Below, piece by piece: positions 51,866 through 61,184 of a stretch of DNA of 64,000 bases (position 1 is the first letter of the stretch; the number at the start of each line of letters is the position of its first letter). Under the pieces are notes generated by a model. It worked only from the letters and a program-made list of their open reading frames with translations. It was not told where the DNA came from and did not search any database. Source of the stretch: an uncultured Anaerolineaceae bacterium (GTDB taxonomy: Bacteria; Chloroflexota; Anaerolineae; Anaerolineales; UBA11579); contig CAYJMC010000001.1 of assembly GCA_964371335.1 (NCBI GenBank), forward strand, positions 14,648-78,647, in the 5' to 3' direction. The position numbers were made by a program, and so were the translations under genes.

Positions 51866-51927
51866 AAGATTGCCACGTCGGCAGCGCCGTTTAAAAGGGG
51901 CGCTAAACGCCTACTCTCAATGACGAA
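51866..51927 (+). repeat. Family-1 repeat, long form
   Basis: GAAGATTGCCACGTC-GGCAGCGCCGTTTAAAAGGGGCGCTAAACGCC-TACTCTCAATGACGAA. The loop matches 45484-45545. Confidence 0.65.
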
Positions 51928-51930
51928 TAT

Positions 51931-51958
51931 CAAAAAGAGCCGAGGTTTACCTCGGTTC
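51931..51958 (-). terminator. Terminator of clpP
   Basis: Minus strand: GAACCGAGG-taaa-CCTCGGCTC followed by TTTTT. Confidence 0.75.
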
Positions 51959-51977
51959 TTGAGTACGCACAATTGGG

Positions 51978-52604
51978 CTATTTCTTTCCGTCGAGTTTAT
52001 TTAGTTCAGGCCTGGCAAGCACTTGGTCAACCAACCCATATTCGACAGCTTGATCGGCAGTCAAGTAGAAGTCGCGGTCGGTATCATGCTCGATAACCTC
52101 GACACTCTTGCCTGTAGCGGCCGCCAAAATCTCATTCAAACGTTTCTTGAGCCGCAGGATTTCCTTGGCATGGATCTCGATGTCGGTTGCCTGGCCGCCA
52201 CCGCCTCCGCTGGCCCAAGGCTGATGTATGTGGATGGTGGCATTGGGCAGCGCATAGCGATGACCCTTGGTGCCGGCGGTCAGCAGCACGGTGGCGTAAG
52301 AAGCAGCGAAGCCTACAGCCACGGTGCTGATCTGATTTGGGATCATCTGCATGGTGTCATAGATGGCCATCCCGGCGTAAACGGAGCCACCCGGTGATGA
52401 AATGTACATCTGGATGGGGGCGTCTGGATCTTCGTTGCTCAGGTAGATGAGTTGCGCCACGATCAGGTTAGCGGTTTGGTCTTCGATGGGCGTGCTCAAC
52501 AGAATGATGCGGCGCTTGAGCAGCAGGGAGTAGATGTCGAAGGCGCGTTCGCCGCGACCGGTGGTTTCGATCACCATGGGGATGACGGATTGGGGATTGA
52601 ACAT
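51978..52604 (-). CDS. clpP: ATP-dependent Clp protease proteolytic subunit
   Basis: [15 protein letters not shown], and the Ser/His/Asp triad context GFAASYAT...HQP. AAGGAAG before ATG 52604. The upstream K/R-rich extension is rejected. Confidence 0.92.
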   Translation of the reverse strand: MFNPQSVIPMVIETTGRGERAFDIYSLLLKRRIILLSTPIEDQTANLIVAQLIYLSNEDPDAPIQMYISSPGGSVYAGMAIYDTMQMIPNQISTVAVGFAASYATVLLTAGTKGHRYALPNATIHIHQPWASGGGGGQATDIEIHAKEILRLKKRLNEILAAATGKSVEVIEHDTDRDFYLTADQAVEYGLVDQVLARPELNKLDGKK

Positions 52605-52620
52605 GGTTTCTTCCTTTCGA

Positions 52621-54033
52621 TTATTCATTTGTAACCTTTTCCTCTTTTGCCTTGGCCTTTTCTTTTTTTTCTTCAGCCGTTGCCTGGCCCTGCGCAATTG
52701 CGCGCAATTGTGCCAGAGTTCGACGGATGACTTCTTCAGTAAGAGTTCTGCTAACCAGTCCTTGCAGGTTGTCTTTGGCCAACAGCTTGCGCATATCCTC
52801 TGCAGGAAGGACTTGCTGCAACCGTTTCACTTTTTCCTCCACCAAACCCTGCACTTCGGTTTCGGGCACCTCGATCTTTTCCTGGCGGGAGACTTCCATA
52901 ATGACTAACGATTTCTTGAGGCGTTCTTCGACGCGCGGGCTCACTTCCTCTTCGAGTTGGTCGTGAGTGATTTGGCGGCTCTTTAAGTAGGTCTCCAGGT
53001 CCAGACCGCGAGCCGCCAGGTCGGGTCCCATGTCTTCGATGTAGTGATGGATTTCGTGGTGCAACATCTGGGGTGGGTATTTGATTTCGCTGTCCTGGAT
53101 GATCTTTTCAACGATGCGGTTTTCAAACTCATCCTCAGCCTGACGCTGGTAGTTTTCAGTAAGCTGCTTCTCAACTTCGGTTCGAAGCTCGGCTATGGTC
53201 TTGTAGTTGCCAAGCGATTGAGCGAAAACGTCATCCAACTCGGGCAACTTGCGGTCTTTGATTTCCTCGACCTTGAGCTTGAAAGTGGATGCTTCGCCCC
53301 GCAGATCCTCATATTCGGAATCCTTGGCAAAGGTGTGCGGAAATGCTTTTTCTTCGCCGACCTTGAGGCCGATCAGCAATCGCGAGAAGCCTGGGAACGG
53401 CCATTCGGTCTTGGTATCGACGTCCTCTTTTTCAATCACCACAGGATAGCGGCGCTCCGGTAACAAAGCAGTCCCTTCGTTTCGCTCGAGGGCAGGCTTG
53501 CCGTCTTTCGGCGCCTGACGCTCCGCGCTCAACAAGATGTAGGCAATGTCGCCTTCCTGGGCGGCGCGCTGAACAGGCTCCAGTACCGCGTTCTGCTCGC
53601 GCAGGTTATTGAGCAAGTTCTCGACGTCTTGCTGGGTGACGGGCTTGTCTTCGAAGGGGAGGCGAATGCTCTGGTAATCGCCCAGCTTCACCTCTGGAGA
53701 AAGCGGGACGCGGAACTCGAAGACCTGCGGTTCCTTGTCCTCATGAACTTTTTCAAGAGTGCCGGGACCGTAGGGCTTGATGCCGGTTTCCTCAATCACG
53801 CGTGGATACATGTCATCGAGAACGATGTCCAGCGCTTCGTCTTTAATGGCTTGCGCTCCCACCTGTTTCTCGATTACGTGGTAAGGGGCTTTGCCTGGAC
53901 GGAAACCCGGAATCTTGACGCGTTGGGCGATCTTGCGCGCGGCTTTCTGCCGTGCGCTCTCCAACGTTTGCGCTTCAACTTCGACCGAGAATTGGATTTG
54001 GTGGTCGTCCAGGGCTTTTTGGCTGATTTTCAA
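52621..54033 (-). CDS. tig: Trigger factor
   Basis: N-terminal ribosome-binding GFRPGKAP motif. FKBP-like middle. Long C-terminal arm. Confidence 0.9.
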   Translation of the reverse strand: MKISQKALDDHQIQFSVEVEAQTLESARQKAARKIAQRVKIPGFRPGKAPYHVIEKQVGAQAIKDEALDIVLDDMYPRVIEETGIKPYGPGTLEKVHEDKEPQVFEFRVPLSPEVKLGDYQSIRLPFEDKPVTQQDVENLLNNLREQNAVLEPVQRAAQEGDIAYILLSAERQAPKDGKPALERNEGTALLPERRYPVVIEKEDVDTKTEWPFPGFSRLLIGLKVGEEKAFPHTFAKDSEYEDLRGEASTFKLKVEEIKDRKLPELDDVFAQSLGNYKTIAELRTEVEKQLTENYQRQAEDEFENRIVEKIIQDSEIKYPPQMLHHEIHHYIEDMGPDLAARGLDLETYLKSRQITHDQLEEEVSPRVEERLKKSLVIMEVSRQEKIEVPETEVQGLVEEKVKRLQQVLPAEDMRKLLAKDNLQGLVSRTLTEEVIRRTLAQLRAIAQGQATAEEKKEKAKAKEEKVTNE

Positions 54034-54140
54034 AATAGTAATTCCTTAAAAACAAAAAAGTTCAGGGGAAAAACGACGAATGCGGCGATTATAGCATGGC
54101 GAGAAAAAAGGCCGTATCAGAGGAATATAAATATTATGTA

Positions 54141-54236
54141 GATTGGTTATTTGTTATTGGTGATTGGGGACTGGAGATTAGAGCTGAGCATTGTTGCCAA
54201 CAACCTTCAACTTTAACCTTCAACATTCAACTGTCT
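54141..54236. repeat. Long degenerate heptamer array (family 3) between tig and tRNA-Leu
   Basis: TTATTTG TTATTGG TGATTGG GGACTGG AGATTAG AGCTGAG CATTGTT GCCAACA ACCTTCA ACTTTAA CCTTCAA CATTCAA CTGTC. Confidence 0.7.
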
Positions 54237-54321
54237 TGGTGGGGAAGGAGGGAGTCGAACCCTCACGCCTTGCGGCACATGATCCTAAGTCATGCCTGTC
54301 TGCCAGTTCCAGCACTTCCCC
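54237..54321 (-). tRNA. tRNA-Leu (anticodon TAG), CCA encoded
   Basis: Minus strand: GGGGAAG...CTTCCCC-A-CCA. Anticodon stem CATGA/TCATG with loop CTTAGGA. Long variable arm. T-arm GAGGG-TTCGACT-CCCTC. TATAAT lies 11 nt upstream. Confidence 0.9.
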
Positions 54322-54389
54322 GCGGAAAGGCGATTATAGCAAAATGGGCTGAGATGCAGAGCTAAGTATAATGCCGTGGCGAGGACGCC

Positions 54390-54806
54390 TTGGGTCGAGT
54401 CATTCACACCGAAAATCTATCTGCTGAACGCAATCGCTTGATGAAAGCGATGGTGGTGGCTTTGCGCGAGATGGGCAAGCAGAATACGTTTACTGATGAG
54501 AGCCGCGACCTGGCCTCATTCCTGGCGGCTGCCCTGGAAACAGTGGCGGAAACCGTGGAGCGCAGTGTAGTGCCTTGGGAAAAACGCGGCTACTGGCTGA
54601 AAGCAGATCGATTCCGGATGAATTGGGACTGGGTGGGCCCATTGGCGCGGCAGATGAAGAAAGCGGTGCTGGAGGAGGATCTCGGCACACTCGCGCAGAG
54701 CGCAGCTACATTAGGCGCAAAACTGAAGAATGTCGAAGTGGCGCAAAAGCATCGGTTCGGCTCACCCTGGGTGGGCGCGTGGGAGAAATTGAAGGAGAAG
54801 GAATGA
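54390..54806 (+). CDS. Hypothetical protein
   Basis: Coding-like composition. The TTG start is uncertain. No family recognised. Confidence 0.4.
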   Translation: MGRVIHTENLSAERNRLMKAMVVALREMGKQNTFTDESRDLASFLAAALETVAETVERSVVPWEKRGYWLKADRFRMNWDWVGPLARQMKKAVLEEDLGTLAQSAATLGAKLKNVEVAQKHRFGSPWVGAWEKLKEKE

Positions 54807-54841
54807 TGGTGGTTAATGAAATTTGTTATGGGGATTAGTTA

Positions 54842-54905
54842 TTGGAGATTAGAGATTGGGAAACTGGGATTTGGTAGCTGTGAATTGGTAATTGGTAACT
54901 TGTAA
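54842..54905. repeat. Degenerate heptamer array (family 3) upstream of the response regulator
   Basis: TTGGAGA TTAGAGA TTGGGAA ACTGGGA TTTGGTA GCTGTGA ATTGGTA ATTGGTA ACTTGTA. Confidence 0.75.
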
Positions 54906-54940
54906 GCCCTCAATCAACTGCAGTATGATGAATTTAAAGT

Positions 54941-55645
54941 ATGAAAGAAAAGGTCCTTGTCGTAGAGGACGATCCTGCCATCCGGGATGCGTTGAGTTAC
55001 AACCTCGGTCGTGAAGGCTATGAGGTTAAGGCAGTTGGTGATGGCGTTGCTGCCCTCGAGGCGGCGCGCGCCTCCGAGCCGGATCTGGTCGTCCTGGACC
55101 TGATGCTCCCCGAACTGGATGGCTACGACGTCACCCGTACTCTACGCAAAGAAAGCAATGTTCCCATTCTCATGCTCACCGCCCGGGATGACGAGATTGA
55201 CCGCGTATTGGGGTTGGAGCTTGGCGCTGACGACTACCTGACTAAACCTTTTTCCATGCGCGAGCTTTTGGCCCGGGTCAAGGCCATGCTGCGACGCGTG
55301 CGGCTGGCGAAGGAACCGGCCGGGCCACAGGCCGCGCAAGGTAACAAGCGGTTCGCCAGCGGCAACCTGGAAATCGATCCAATCCGCCATGAAGCTTACC
55401 TGGGCGGCAATGTCCTTGAATTGAAACCCAAGGAATATGACCTGCTCTTATTTCTACTGCAGAACCCCGGGCAGGTTTTCTCGCGGGAGCAACTGCTTGA
55501 ACAGGTCTGGGGCTGGGAATACTCGGGGGGCAGCCGCACGGTGGACGTGCACGTTCGTTGGCTGCGTTCTAAGATCGAACAATATGCGGAGCAGCCTACC
55601 CGCATCATCACTGTGCGCGGAGTAGGGTACCGCTTCGAAGGTTAG
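54941..55645 (+). CDS. OmpR/PhoB-family response regulator
   Basis: Receiver with DLVVLDLMLP and a K at the usual site. Winged-helix output ...RTVDVHVRWLRSKIE...I.TVRGVGYRF. Confidence 0.88.
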   Translation: MKEKVLVVEDDPAIRDALSYNLGREGYEVKAVGDGVAALEAARASEPDLVVLDLMLPELDGYDVTRTLRKESNVPILMLTARDDEIDRVLGLELGADDYLTKPFSMRELLARVKAMLRRVRLAKEPAGPQAAQGNKRFASGNLEIDPIRHEAYLGGNVLELKPKEYDLLLFLLQNPGQVFSREQLLEQVWGWEYSGGSRTVDVHVRWLRSKIEQYAEQPTRIITVRGVGYRFEG

Positions 55646-55654
55646 TGGAATAGC

Positions 55655-56938
55655 ATGGCGCCGAGATCCGGCTTTAACCTCAGGCGCTTTTTAGCTGTCT
55701 TAGTAATACAGGGGATTGTGATCGGGGCCATCTACTTATTGCTCAGGTTGCCCGCAACTCAAGCTTCCGCTTTATCGATTTTGAATTGGGGCTTTACCCT
55801 CCTTTTCTTTACCTCCTTTGCTGTAGCAATTTACTTTGCCTTGGTTGGTGGTCGAACTATCTCCCGTCGGCTCCAATCTTTGGAAAACGAGATGAAGGCC
55901 AGGCAACGAAACGCAGATCCCGATTTAGGCCGTTTACAGGTTTTACTGGATCGGCTTGTGGTTGGCGTTGTGCTGGTTGATCCAGAGGGTGAAGTCTTGT
56001 TGAAAAACCAGATTACGAAGGATTTTTTCGCATTGAGCGAAGATGAGATGCGAGCGGCCAGCTTGCCATCGTTATTACGCCACTATCAATTCGTAGATCT
56101 ATGGAAACGCGCCCAACAGCGCAACACGCCAGAATCGTTGATTGCAGAAGTGCCGCAAAGCAGGCGCTTCCTGCGAGCCACCGTTTACCCCAGCGATGAA
56201 ACGACGGAAGGCCAAGCGCTGCTCCTGTTCGAAGATATTACCGAGCTCAGGCGCTTGGAAACCGTGCGCAAGGATTTCGTCAGCAATGTGTCGCACGAAC
56301 TGCGCACTCCGCTGGCTTCGCTGAAGGCGCTCACCGAAAGCCTACGGGCAGGCGCTCTGGATGAGCCGGAGACGGCGCGGCGCTTCCTCGACCACATCGA
56401 GACAGAGGTGGACGCGCTTACCGAGTTGGTTGCTGAATTGCTGGAGCTGGCGCGCATCGAGTCCCAGCAGGTGCCGCTGCAACGGGCGCCTAGCGATCCG
56501 TGCGACATCCTGCAACGGGGCGCAGAACGCCTGAGATTGCAAGCTGAGCGGGCGGGTCTGACGCTCTTGGTCGATTGCGAATCGGGACTACCGCGGATTG
56601 AAGCGGACTCGCCAAGGCTGGAGCAAGTTCTGGTCAACCTGATTCACAACGCAGTGAAATTCACGCCGCGCGGAGGCAGCATCCTGGCCAGCGCAAAACG
56701 CACCGGTCGGGCAGTGGAATTCTCGGTGAGCGACACCGGCGTCGGCATCGCCCAAGAAAACATCGACCGCATCTTCGAGCGCTTCTACAAGACGGACCCC
56801 GCACGGAACAAGAGTGGTACCGGCCTGGGGCTGGCAATTGCCAAGCACCTTGTCGAGGCGCATGGCGGCCGAATTGGGGTGGAGAGCCGAGAAGGCAAAG
56901 GTAGCCGATTTTATTTCACAATCCCAATCGCAACTTAG
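55655..56938 (+). CDS. PhoR-like sensor histidine kinase
   Basis: Two TM helices, a PAS-like segment, H-box [13 protein letters not shown], and N, G1 (DTGVGI) and G2 (GTGLGL) boxes. Confidence 0.85.
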   Translation: MAPRSGFNLRRFLAVLVIQGIVIGAIYLLLRLPATQASALSILNWGFTLLFFTSFAVAIYFALVGGRTISRRLQSLENEMKARQRNADPDLGRLQVLLDRLVVGVVLVDPEGEVLLKNQITKDFFALSEDEMRAASLPSLLRHYQFVDLWKRAQQRNTPESLIAEVPQSRRFLRATVYPSDETTEGQALLLFEDITELRRLETVRKDFVSNVSHELRTPLASLKALTESLRAGALDEPETARRFLDHIETEVDALTELVAELLELARIESQQVPLQRAPSDPCDILQRGAERLRLQAERAGLTLLVDCESGLPRIEADSPRLEQVLVNLIHNAVKFTPRGGSILASAKRTGRAVEFSVSDTGVGIAQENIDRIFERFYKTDPARNKSGTGLGLAIAKHLVEAHGGRIGVESREGKGSRFYFTIPIAT

Positions 56939-57003
56939 TTCTCAGGCGATTTGTCACCCTTGGTAAAAGGCAAATGTCCCTATAGAACTTAGGGGAACGC
57001 CGC

Positions 57004-57031
57004 TAACATATTCGTGGATTTGAATATGTTA
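57004..57031. promoter_or_regulatory. Perfect 10-bp inverted repeat, candidate ArsR operator
   Basis: TAACATATTC-gtggattt-GAATATGTTA, overlapping the arsR start codons. Confidence 0.55.
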
Positions 57032-57394
57032 ACTGCTGCTCCAAGCAACGAAATCAGCCAGTTATTCAAAGTAATGGGGGATCCGTTCCGCGTTCGATTA
57101 CTACTGGCGCTGGCAGACCAGGAAGCGTGTGTGTGCCACCTGGAACGCGTACTGGGCAAACGCCAGGCCTATATCTCTCAGCACCTGATGAGTTTGCGCG
57201 AGGCAGGGATACTCACAGCGAGACGCGAAGGCAAATACATCTTCTACAAGTTAAAGGACCGTGATCTGCTGAGTTTGCTTCGGCGCGCGGCTGACATTGT
57301 TGGATTGACCAAAGCCGAACTCACTGGCAGACCCAACAAGAAGAATGTTTCCAATTGTGAATGCCCTAATTGCGGGCCAGCGAAAGAGAGGTGA
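57026..57394 (+). CDS. arsR: ArsR/SmtB-family metalloregulator
   Basis: [17 protein letters not shown]...EACVCHL...Q.YISQHL..LR.AG. Start is ATG 57026 or GTG 57014. Confidence 0.85.
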   Translation: MLTAAPSNEISQLFKVMGDPFRVRLLLALADQEACVCHLERVLGKRQAYISQHLMSLREAGILTARREGKYIFYKLKDRDLLSLLRRAADIVGLTKAELTGRPNKKNVSNCECPNCGPAKER

Positions 57395-57399
57395 AAGCC

Positions 57400-57657
57400 A
57401 TGTTGACGATCAAAGTCCTGGGCCCCGGTTGCCCGAATTGCAAAAAGTTGGAGGCGGTAACTCGGCAAGCCGTGGATATGACCGGCGTGCAGGCCGAAAT
57501 CCTGAAAGTGACGGATTATGCTGAGATTATGCAGTATGACATCCTCTCAACGCCCGGCCTGGTGGTGAACGGAAAGGTGGTCAGCTCTGGTCGCATTCCC
57601 AGCCCAGCTGAAGTGAGCAGTTGGTTGGCAGATGCCGAGCTGGCAACCGCCAGCTAG
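57400..57657 (+). CDS. Small thioredoxin-fold protein (redox-active disulfide protein 2 type)
   Basis: [17 protein letters not shown]... CxxC. AGAGAGGTG RBS. 85 aa. Confidence 0.8.
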   Translation: MLTIKVLGPGCPNCKKLEAVTRQAVDMTGVQAEILKVTDYAEIMQYDILSTPGLVVNGKVVSSGRIPSPAEVSSWLADAELATAS

Positions 57658-57697
57658 TTCCGCGCGGGACTGGATCCGCGCGACCTAAAGAAACCCC

Positions 57698-58675
57698 ATG
57701 GACATTTTCTACTGGATCCAAGTGGTGGCCGATGCCGTCACTTCTTGGCTGTATCTGCCAAAAGACACCTATTTAGGCAGTGCGGTCAATTTTTTCGTTT
57801 ACGATGTCATCAAGATAGGTTTGCTTTTGCTGCTGATCAACTATGTGATGGCGATAACCCGCTACTACTTTCCCATGGAAAAGGTGCGGGATGTTCTTAC
57901 CAAACGGAGGTGGTACGGATTAGATTATTTCTTGGCCGCTGCACTGGGGGTGATCACTCCGTTTTGCTCATGCTCATCGATCCCAATGTTCATTGGTTTT
58001 GTAGGTGCGGGAATACCGTTAGGCGTCACGTTCGCATTCCTGATCGCTTCGCCGCTGGTCAATGAGACCTCTCTATATCTATTTCCAGCCATGTTTGGGA
58101 TCCAAGTTGCTCTGCTCTACAACCTAGTGGGCGTTACTGTTGCAATTCTCGGTGGGATGTTGATCCAAAAATTAGGTGTAGAGAAATATATTAAGGCTGA
58201 ATTCCTGAAATTCAAATCCCGTGTCCAAGTTGAGGCTGAACATAGCGGGAGGAAGCTGTCATTTGGTGAGTTACTTGCTCACTTCTGGCAAGATGGGCTG
58301 GTAATCACCAGGCAGGTTTTCCCTTACGTCGTTCTCGGGGTCGGTATTGGTGCTTTGATCCATGGCTTCGTCCCAGCGGAATTAGTTGAGACATATCTTT
58401 CCGAGAGGGCCTGGTGGACTATTCCTGTGGCAACACTCCTGGGTGCTCCCCTTTATGCCAATTCCGTAAGCGTTATCCCTGTTATGGAAGCGATTGTGGG
58501 GAAAGGAGTGCCATTGGGAACAGCCCTGTCTTTCATGACTTCCATTGTGACCCTCTCTATTCCTGAAGGACTGATTCTAAAAAAAGTAATGAACTGGCAA
58601 TTGCTTGGATTGTTTTTTGGCATTACCCTCGTTGGCATTATGAGCATTGGTTATGTATTCAACTGGATTATGTGA
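57698..58675 (+). CDS. DUF318/ArsP-type permease
   Basis: Polytopic with the TPFCSCSSIPMF vicinal-Cys motif. The arsR-trx-permease trio is a common arrangement. Confidence 0.75.
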   Translation: MDIFYWIQVVADAVTSWLYLPKDTYLGSAVNFFVYDVIKIGLLLLLINYVMAITRYYFPMEKVRDVLTKRRWYGLDYFLAAALGVITPFCSCSSIPMFIGFVGAGIPLGVTFAFLIASPLVNETSLYLFPAMFGIQVALLYNLVGVTVAILGGMLIQKLGVEKYIKAEFLKFKSRVQVEAEHSGRKLSFGELLAHFWQDGLVITRQVFPYVVLGVGIGALIHGFVPAELVETYLSERAWWTIPVATLLGAPLYANSVSVIPVMEAIVGKGVPLGTALSFMTSIVTLSIPEGLILKKVMNWQLLGLFFGITLVGIMSIGYVFNWIM

Positions 58676-58718
58676 GGATCGATAACTGAGTCTTGTTTGT
58701 ATAAAAACCTCATTTGCG

Positions 58719-58781
58719 TATAACACACCTTTTCCCTTCGTTAACACTACCATAACAATCCCATACTCACCCCTTAAACAC
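58719..58781 (+). promoter_or_regulatory. Pho-box-like array upstream of pstS
   Basis: TTAACAC (58741), ATAACAA (58752), ATACTCA (58763) and TTAAACA (58774) at exact 11-nt phasing, plus ATAACAC at 58720. Candidate -10 TAACAT follows 8 nt after the last box. Confidence 0.6.
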
Positions 58782-58846
58782 TGAGTGCTAACATCCACCT
58801 CAAGATGTCTAAAACCTATTCTTTATTCCCTAAGGAGGAAGCAAAC

Positions 58847-59866
58847 ATGAATCGAAAGATTCAAACCCTGCTGGCCCTGCTCGTTGTTGCGAGCGTCCTG
58901 CTGGCAGCCTGCGCTCCCGCGGCAGAACCCACCCCGGCTACCGCTGAGTCGGCCGCGGCCGGCGAAGCGCCAACCATCGCACCAGAAGATCCAGCCGCAC
59001 AGTTCAGCCCGCTAAACGTCACCGGCGACATCATCACCGCCGGCAGCTCCACCGTGTTCCCGTTATCCGAGCGCATGTCCGAGCGCTTCCGTGACGAAGG
59101 CTTTAGTGGCAACATCACCGTCGACAGCATCGGCTCCGGCGCTGGCCTGGAACGCTTCTGCGTGGCTGGCGAGACCGACATTGCCAATGCAAGCCGGGCC
59201 ATCCATGAGGACGAAATTTCTTCGTGCGAGTCCATCGGTCGCACCCCAATCGAATTCCGCGTGGGAACGGATGCTTTGGCTATCGTCGTTAGCAACGAAA
59301 ATGACTTCCTAACCGACATTACCATGGAGCAACTGGCCTTAATCTTTTCCACCGCGGTGGACTGGTCCGACGTGGATCCTTCCTGGCCAAACGAGCCTAT
59401 CCATCGCTATAGCCCAGGGACTGACTCCGGAACCTATGATTACTTTGTAGAAGAAGTGCTCGGTGACGATGCCACGCTCCTTCAAAACTCGATCAACACA
59501 CAGTACAGCGAAGATGACAACGTGCTGGTGCAAGGGGTGTTGGGCAGCCCCTATGCCATCGGCTACTTCGGTTATGCCTACTATCAGGAAAATGCAGGCA
59601 CTTTGAAGATCTTGAATATCGACGGCGTAGAACCGACAGAGACCACTGCAGAAGATGGCAGCTACCCGCTCGCCCGCCCGCTGTTCATCTACTCGGATGC
59701 CACTATCATGAGCGAGAAGCCCCAGGTGGCTGCCTTCATCCACTTTTACCTTAGCTTCGTGAATGAGGAAATCCTGGACGTGGGTTACTTCCCAGCCAGC
59801 GAGGCCGCATTCGCCACCAACTGGGAGAATTTCTACAACGCCCTTGGCATGGAAAACCTAATGTAG
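58847..59866 (+). CDS. pstS: Phosphate ABC transporter substrate-binding lipoprotein PstS
   Basis: TAAGGAGGA RBS, lipobox LLAAC, GSSTVFPL and the PBP fold. Confidence 0.88.
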   Translation: MNRKIQTLLALLVVASVLLAACAPAAEPTPATAESAAAGEAPTIAPEDPAAQFSPLNVTGDIITAGSSTVFPLSERMSERFRDEGFSGNITVDSIGSGAGLERFCVAGETDIANASRAIHEDEISSCESIGRTPIEFRVGTDALAIVVSNENDFLTDITMEQLALIFSTAVDWSDVDPSWPNEPIHRYSPGTDSGTYDYFVEEVLGDDATLLQNSINTQYSEDDNVLVQGVLGSPYAIGYFGYAYYQENAGTLKILNIDGVEPTETTAEDGSYPLARPLFIYSDATIMSEKPQVAAFIHFYLSFVNEEILDVGYFPASEAAFATNWENFYNALGMENLM

Positions 59867-59951
59867 TCGGTCCTGCTAACGAACGCGAGGTTTGCATTGG
59901 GGCGGCCAGGTCTCTGGTCGCCCCAATGTCTGCAATGCGGACGCAGTTATA

Positions 59952-61184
59952 ATGAACCAGAACTTCCTGCGACTGACCGTTCGCAAACCTTCCTTGAACG
60001 CACCAATTGTGGCCAGTCAATCAGACCCAAACGCAGAAAGCCCGGTTCAGCGAATGCCTGATTTACGCAGGCATCCTCGCTTGCGTGAATTGACCATTAA
60101 CGGTTTTCTATTCCTGTGTGGTTTTCTCTCCATCTTTATCACCTTTGGCATTGTTTACGAACTGGGGAAGGAATCATTTTTGTTTTTTGGTAATCGCCAG
60201 TGGTCTTCAACGAATAAACCCCTGGCTGCAGACATCAACCCCGAACAAACGGTATTTGAAGTAGAAGCTTCAGGCACACCGCTTCAAACGGACATGAACT
60301 ACCGTATCGAAGGTGAAATCATCCACATCGATGCTATCGACGAAACCTCGCTTACCGTGCAGCGCGGCTTCGATGATAGCCAGCCTGCTGCACATCGCGC
60401 CGGTCTGACTCTGGAGGCTGAACTACGCCCCAATCTGCTGGAATTCTTTACCGGCACCGAGTGGGCGCCGCATAATGGGAAGTTCGGCATTCTGCCGCTT
60501 TTGACTGCCACACTGATCGTCTCTGGAGTCGCCATCGTAGTCGCGGTTCCCTTAGGCCTGGCCACCGCGGTTTATCTAAGCGAGTACGCTTCTCCGCGCG
60601 CCCGCAATACCTTAAAACCGATCCTGGAAATCCTTGCCGGTGTGCCGACGGTGGTCTATGGCTTCTTTGCATTAACCTTTATGACTCCTTTGTTGCGTTC
60701 GATCTTCGGCGTCGATACGGTAAATATCTACAACATGGCCTCGGCGGGTATTGTGATCGGCATTCTGATATTGCCTTTCGTGAGCACCGTCAGTGAGGAT
60801 GCCCTCAGTGCCGTTCCGCGCTCCTTGCGAGAGGCCTCGTATGCGCTGGGCGCCACACGGCTGGAGACCGCATTGCGCGTAGTGGTGCCAGCGGCTTTCT
60901 CCGGGATCGCCGCGGCGATCATTTTGGCGGCCTCACGTGCCATCGGCGAGACAATGGTGGTAGCCATTGCATCGGGGGCGGGACCCAACTTCACCTTCAA
61001 TCCCTTCGAGGCCGCCGAGACGATGACAGGGCACATCGTGCGCATCAGTGGCGGCGATATGAGCTACAACTCGGTGGATTACAACAGCATCTTTGCCGTA
61101 GGCCTGATGCTGTTCGTTATGACCCTAATCCTCAATGTGATCAGCCAGCGCATTGTTCGGCGCTTCCGGGAGATCTACGAATGA
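59952..61184 (+). CDS. pstC: Phosphate ABC transporter permease PstC (long form)
   Basis: EAA-type loop ...[25 protein letters not shown]. Large periplasmic insert after TM1. Start uncertain (59892 or 59952). Confidence 0.82.
   Translation: MNQNFLRLTVRKPSLNAPIVASQSDPNAESPVQRMPDLRRHPRLRELTINGFLFLCGFLSIFITFGIVYELGKESFLFFGNRQWSSTNKPLAADINPEQTVFEVEASGTPLQTDMNYRIEGEIIHIDAIDETSLTVQRGFDDSQPAAHRAGLTLEAELRPNLLEFFTGTEWAPHNGKFGILPLLTATLIVSGVAIVVAVPLGLATAVYLSEYASPRARNTLKPILEILAGVPTVVYGFFALTFMTPLLRSIFGVDTVNIYNMASAGIVIGILILPFVSTVSEDALSAVPRSLREASYALGATRLETALRVVVPAAFSGIAAAIILAASRAIGETMVVAIASGAGPNFTFNPFEAAETMTGHIVRISGGDMSYNSVDYNSIFAVGLMLFVMTLILNVISQRIVRRFREIYE

Noticed and set aside
52605-52697. N-terminal extensions offered by the ORF track: clpP (K/R-rich 31 aa), rpsF (42331-42408), nnr (5987-6061), CDF (27559-27669) and the lipoprotein (11228-11314).
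   Set aside because: The internal starts have good RBSs, match the conserved N-termini of the families, and remove overlaps with upstream genes.
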